Origin: Candidatus Hodarchaeota archaeon | GTDB taxonomy: Archaea > Asgardarchaeota > Heimdallarchaeia > Hodarchaeales > Hodarchaeaceae | Direction of reading: 5' to 3' | Assembly (NCBI GenBank): GCA_016839815.1 | Contig: JAEOTM010000066.1 | Coordinates: 52,116 to 84,115 of the forward strand | DNA length: 32,000 bases | Shown: positions 28,366 through 32,000 of the stretch, one piece after another | Layout of the letters: the number at the start of each line of letters is the position of its first letter | Numbering within the stretch: position 1 is the stretch's first letter | Notes under the pieces: generated by a model | Seen by the model: only the letters and a program-made list of their open reading frames with translations | The model's database searches: none | What the model was told of the DNA's origin: nothing | Position numbers and translations under genes: made by a program

Positions 28366-30606
28366 CTAAGAGTCAAAAGCTTCTAAGATATATGAATATA
28401 TGTCCTTTTCAGAACCCTTCGAGATTTTTTGTAACCGTTGCACAATTAATTCAGGAGTCGATTTTGCATATGTGTAATACTTTGGTGTTCTATCGACAAT
28501 GAGCTCTAAATTTTCTGATAAACCTTTTGCTTCAATTCCATCAATTCGTAACTCTTCTTTTGTATATTTACTAATTGCCTGTGCTAAATGAGTAACAAAT
28601 ATTCCAACCGAGTCTGATGATCGGCCTAACAAATCTAAAAATGCTGCGATTACTCGTGCAGATGCCCCAGGTTCAGACATACTTTCCATCTCATCAGCTA
28701 GCACTAATCTTGAATTTGGACTCATGATCATTTTTGAGAGCGTTTTGAGTGTTGATTCGAACGCACCTGCATTCATGTGTCCAGTAGCTTTTCGATAGTA
28801 ATGTAGTTCTTTAAATCCACCAATTTTAGTGTTATGACATGGTACTGGCAATCCCATCTGACTAAGTATAGTAATAACGGCAATGGCTACCAATAGTGTT
28901 GTTTTACCACCACTATTGGCTCCTGATAGCAGTACTATCCGTTCTCCGTCTACTTTTTCTTCAATTCTACTCAGCTCACCTAAAGCATAAGAAACTGGTT
29001 CCACCTGTAACTGCCCTTTCATTTCTTGATGTGCTAAAAACAAGTTTCTTCCTTCTTTAAAGCATAATCCAGTGCCCTTTCCTTCAATGAAAATTGGTAA
29101 AGATAGTTTATATGCTCCTGCAAACTTTCCAATCATTAGAAGGTAGTCTAATTCCAACATGGTCTGGAGTCCTTGGACTGCGATTCGTTCATATTCCTGT
29201 AGCTTTTGGGCGAGGTCAACTTTAAGTTCAAAAGCTTTACTTGAACGTTTCTTTCTTATAAACTTAGTGAAACTAGTTTTAATCTCTTCTTGTGGGTCAA
29301 CCGGAAACTTTAGTTCACGAGGGAAAATACCATTTAAATAATCAGTTTCTTCATCCGATAAATTCAATTTTGATCCTAAATTAATCTCTGCTTTGTTAAC
29401 AATCTCTTCTACAGCCAAAAATAACTCATCATCCAGATATTCACGAATATCTTCTTGACTGGAATTTACTGCATATCCCTGTCTCTCAGCAGAAAATCCC
29501 TTGAGTAACGCCAGGATCTTTTCACCACCCAAATGGATAGTTGTGTCCTGCAATTTCTTTTCTAATTCTTCATTTAATCGCATTAATTCTTCTTCTAAAA
29601 CCATCTCAAATGTGGTTTCAATGTTTAAAAGCCGTGAAAATTCAAAATTTATATCTGAACTGGGTTCTCCAGTCTCTTCCAGTTTTTCAAGCTCCTTTCC
29701 CATATCTATCAATGAGTTTAAGTCTAAATCCCCAATATACCTACTTAATTGTTCAGAAGGCAGCTTCTGAATAAAAGTTGCGAGTTTCGCTATTGTTACT
29801 AAGGAAGATTTGTTTTGTGCAAAAAAAACCAACGTTTTCTCGGGAAGTAGGCGATTAAGATCATGTCGCTGTGATTCAGATACTGAAATAATATTGGGGA
29901 GCTCATCACTAAGAATATAGTCACTACCAATCCAGATTACCTCATCTGATCCAGTTAATGTGTCATTGATAGTTTCATAATCCTCTATATGGAGAATTTC
30001 ACAATACTTACCGATTATGCTTGAAAGGAGGTCATTGTAGATGCTCTTATCTGTTGTAGCAATAGATCGCGAAGCACTATCAATAGCATCTGAATGGTCC
30101 TTTAATGGAAGTAACCGTCGTAACAGCAAATCAAATTCAGAAACTGGAGTACTGGAATTTTTGATTGTTGTGAATAATTCTTGTCCTAGTAGAGTTACTT
30201 TCTGGCGTTCTTTAATTTTATTCAATGCAGTAATAGGCAATGGAAAGTATAAGAATAATTTAGATCGAGCATAGAATGTATTACCAAACTTAGACACTAA
30301 ATCAATTATACGGTTGTAAAGCAAAATTGTGTCTTCAGTTTTTAAAAAATCTTGGATCTGCTCACCAGTTTCCTGGAAATGTAGATTTCTACACAAACTA
30401 AGGGCAAATCGCTCACCAATTCCCTCAATAGAGGAAATTTCAGCAATTCGTGATCCTCTCAAGGCGTCAAGAACACGATTTTCGCTTCCAAAATAGGAAA
30501 CGAGCTTCTTCTCAATGGAAGGACCAACTCCTCGAATCTCACGAAGTTTTGTCTCGTTCAAATCCATCACCGCACTTTTTACACTATAAAGGGCAGAATA
30601 ATACAA
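28366..30606 (-). CDS. Archaeal MutS-like ABC ATPase (MutS domain V) with N-terminal tandem helix-hairpin-helix motifs; no Smr or mismatch-binding domain seen
   Basis: HhH motifs are IRGVGPSIEKKL and IEGIGERFA. Walker A is LLSGANSGGKTTLL. The signature-like segment is GAFESTLKTL. Walker B is LVLADEMESMSEPG. FVTH is present. The listed start is TTG; an alternative ATG is at 30567. Confidence 0.7.
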   Translation of the reverse strand: MYYSALYSVKSAVMDLNETKLREIRGVGPSIEKKLVSYFGSENRVLDALRGSRIAEISSIEGIGERFALSLCRNLHFQETGEQIQDFLKTEDTILLYNRIIDLVSKFGNTFYARSKLFLYFPLPITALNKIKERQKVTLLGQELFTTIKNSSTPVSEFDLLLRRLLPLKDHSDAIDSASRSIATTDKSIYNDLLSSIIGKYCEILHIEDYETINDTLTGSDEVIWIGSDYILSDELPNIISVSESQRHDLNRLLPEKTLVFFAQNKSSLVTIAKLATFIQKLPSEQLSRYIGDLDLNSLIDMGKELEKLEETGEPSSDINFEFSRLLNIETTFEMVLEEELMRLNEELEKKLQDTTIHLGGEKILALLKGFSAERQGYAVNSSQEDIREYLDDELFLAVEEIVNKAEINLGSKLNLSDEETDYLNGIFPRELKFPVDPQEEIKTSFTKFIRKKRSSKAFELKVDLAQKLQEYERIAVQGLQTMLELDYLLMIGKFAGAYKLSLPIFIEGKGTGLCFKEGRNLFLAHQEMKGQLQVEPVSYALGELSRIEEKVDGERIVLLSGANSGGKTTLLVAIAVITILSQMGLPVPCHNTKIGGFKELHYYRKATGHMNAGAFESTLKTLSKMIMSPNSRLVLADEMESMSEPGASARVIAAFLDLLGRSSDSVGIFVTHLAQAISKYTKEELRIDGIEAKGLSENLELIVDRTPKYYTYAKSTPELIVQRLQKISKGSEKDIYSYILEAFDS

Positions 30607-30633
30607 GATCTCAATTATTAGTACTGTTTTTTC

Positions 30634-31545
30634 TTAAATTTTTGTGATTTCCTTCGCATTTATGAGGTCAATAAACTTATGAACCTCATTATAGGAACAA
30701 TGATCTGAATAGGGGAAGTAATGGACATCTAATCGTTTAGAGAGTAATTCGATTGCCCAACCTGTAGGTGAGATTCGCAAGGAGTTCATCAAGCGTGCTT
30801 CTGTCTGTTGATCTAATCCCGAAAGGTTTTCTACTCGTCTTCTACTCTCAACGCATATCCCAGACTCTGGATCATCAGTAAAAATGTTCCAATCTCCTCC
30901 AATTTCCTTATAAATTTCTACTTTTTTATCAGGAGCGAATATCTTAACCTTTAATGCATCACTTATCGTTTTTAACAATTTTTCCTTTCCTATCTGATAT
31001 GCAGCAATCCAAATTTATTTTTGAGGATAGTTACCTTCCGTTAGCATCAGCGCTAAGATTTCTGAGATTAAATCCTTTCGTGATGGAAATTTGTACTTGG
31101 GATTCTTACCATATGTGTAATCCACCCATAGATGATCTGCATTACTCAGAAGATCTAATTCATCTAGAATGGGAGTTCCCAAGCGAAAATCTCCTGTATA
31201 AACTTCTTTTATATGCTCTGTTGAATCAATTACAAACATTAGACTGCCTAAACAATGATTTGCGTCTATTGCGTGTACCACAAAATCATCGAAATCTAAA
31301 GATTGGTTTGTGTCCATAATCAGACATTTTTCTTTAGGAATCCTATGTAGAACTTTGAGAGCAGCAGCTGTTTCTCTAGAACAAACTATAGTTGCATCAG
31401 AGGAGGAAAGAACTGATTGTATTCCACTAGTGTGATCACTATGAGCATGAGAAAGAAAAAAGTAATCGGACGAGATAGCTAGCTTTTTTCTCTGACGAAA
31501 CGGAAATTCATCGAAATAACTATTTGCTACCTTTGAAAAAACCAT
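30634..31545 (-). pseudogene. SNM1/Pso2/Artemis-type (DRMBL, beta-CASP) DNA nuclease gene interrupted by one in-frame TAA (31015-31017)
   Basis: ORFs 31545-31015 and 30978-30634 are in the same frame. The 12 codons between them read IWIAAYQIGKEK, which continues the family motif. Family motifs present: FLSHAHSDHTSG, DANHCLGS, YTGDFR, LWVDYTYG, IGKEKLL, FPYSDHCSY. Confidence 0.7.
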
Positions 31546-31744
31546 TAATCTTCCCCGAGAGTTCCGTAATTCTAGAACCTTGTTTTCTTAATTAACACAT
31601 TACATTTTATGGAGGAATTAATTAATTTTAGGTTTCAAAAATTGGATCAACTATAGGATATGGATGAGTTTATTTCTGCTTCTATTCTGAAAAAACTACA
31701 GAAAACATACCCATCCCTACCAACATAACAGGTCAATGTTAGAA

Positions 31745-31767
31745 AGAAAGAAAAAAATAATAAAAAG
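31745..31767 (-). terminator. Oligo-T tract downstream of the permuted 5S unit (candidate archaeal terminator)
   Basis: The minus strand reads CACUUUUUAUUAUUUUUUUCUUUC about 30-50 nt after the trailer helix. Archaeal RNA polymerase terminates at T-runs. Confidence 0.35.
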
Positions 31768-31797
31768 TGTTTGAATCTCAAAGCGCTTTTTCTCTAG

Positions 31798-31942
31798 GGG
31801 ACATTGTTTCCGGGTTCGGAATGAGACCGGGTGTGACTCAGGCCCTTTGGCCGAAGAACCTTCAGCTTTCCGATGTTCCCGTAGGCGCGAGCACAACAGT
31901 ACAGATCAGAACGGAGCCTGACTTAACTTTCGGCAATATCTC
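31798..31942 (-). other. Leader/trailer processing helix forming a bulge-helix-bulge-like motif around the permuted 5S
   Basis: The leader GAGAUAUUG (31942-31934) pairs with the trailer CAAUGUCCC (31806-31798). The inner symmetric core is UUG-CCG-AAA-GUU on the leader side against AAC-(C)CGG-AAA-CAA on the trailer side. This gives two AAA bulges on opposite strands separated by a 3-4 bp helix. Confidence 0.5.
31807..31930 (-). rRNA. Circularly permuted 5S rRNA gene (3' half, GUU cap, 5' half)
   Basis: The minus strand reads in this order:
- AAAGUUAAG
- UCAGGCU (helix II 3' strand)
- CUGAU CUGUACUG ... ACGGGAAC AUCGG (helix V and loop E)
- GCUGAAG-GUU-CUUCGGC (helix I closed as a hairpin)
- CAAAG
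- GGCCUGA (helix II 5' strand)
- CACACCCGGUCUCAUUCCGAACCCGGAA (the near-universal helix III/loop C block)
Total content is about 121 nt. The region is a GC-rich island in AT-rich DNA. Confidence 0.7.
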
Positions 31943-32000
31943 ACAGGATATTTTAGCGCGTGTTTCAGCACAAGACGTCTGTTTGCGAGATTACAAACCA

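Noticed and set aside
30954-31319. 121 aa plus-strand ORF spanning the gap between the two nuclease ORFs.
   Set aside because: It is antisense to the SNM1-like gene, whose conserved motifs continue through this region in the minus frame.
31797-32000. GC-rich structured region first read as a plus-strand SRP (7S) RNA, or as the 3' end of a minus-strand 23S rRNA. The SRP idea came from a UUCCG-GGUU-CGGAA hairpin and a CAGAUCAGAACGGAGC segment vaguely like helix 8.
   Set aside because: The putative helix 8 cannot close a GNAR tetraloop, and a third hairpin does not fit an Alu domain. The 23S 3'-terminal motifs are not matched. The minus strand instead matches 5S rRNA over its whole length once rotated. 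The 58 nt at 31943-32000 remain unassigned (leader or another RNA cut by the window edge).
1-32000. Search for CRISPR arrays, long inverted or direct repeats, transposases, integrases and toxin-antitoxin pairs.
   Set aside because: I could find no regularly spaced repeats and no recombinase or transposase motifs by eye. Composition and gene density look like core chromosome rather than an island.

Overview
AT-rich archaeal chromosomal segment with 30 supportable protein genes (one interrupted by an in-frame stop), three tRNA genes (two with introns) and one unusual rRNA gene. I saw no CRISPR array, transposase or integrase. All homology calls below come from motifs I recognise in the translations; no database search was run.

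Gene content in order:
- PIN/KH ATPase (5' partial)
- polytopic membrane protein with a proline-rich tail
- tRNA-Ser(GGA)
- ribosomal proteins S13, S4, S11
- convergent Cbf5 and L14e
- tRNA-Thr(CGU)
- GT2 glycosyltransferase
- thioredoxin
- MBL hydrolase
- AsnB-like PP-loop enzyme
- CDP-alcohol phosphatidyltransferase
- membrane-anchored TPR protein ending in a RING-H2-like finger
- a co-directional proteostasis cluster: hsp20, cdc48, PAC2-like, wHTH regulator, tmcA
- two tandem coiled-coil/winged-helix paralogs
- AmmeMemoRadiSam-type radical SAM enzyme
- JAMM protease plus beta-CASP RNase
- NfeD
- tRNA-Val(CAC)
- M48 peptidase
- a co-directional run: SNM1/Pso2-type nuclease (interrupted by one in-frame TAA), MutS-like ATPase, longin-like protein

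The RING finger, longin-like domain, SNM1-type nuclease, PAC2-like protein and intron-containing tRNAs suggest an Asgard-like (Loki-type) archaeon. This is inference only.

The most striking observation is at 31797-31942 on the minus strand. It holds a complete 5S rRNA sequence encoded in circularly permuted order (3' half, GUU cap closing helix I, 5' half). It is flanked by a leader/trailer helix that forms a bulge-helix-bulge-like motif with two AAA bulges. This suggests maturation through splicing-endonuclease cleavage and circularisation.
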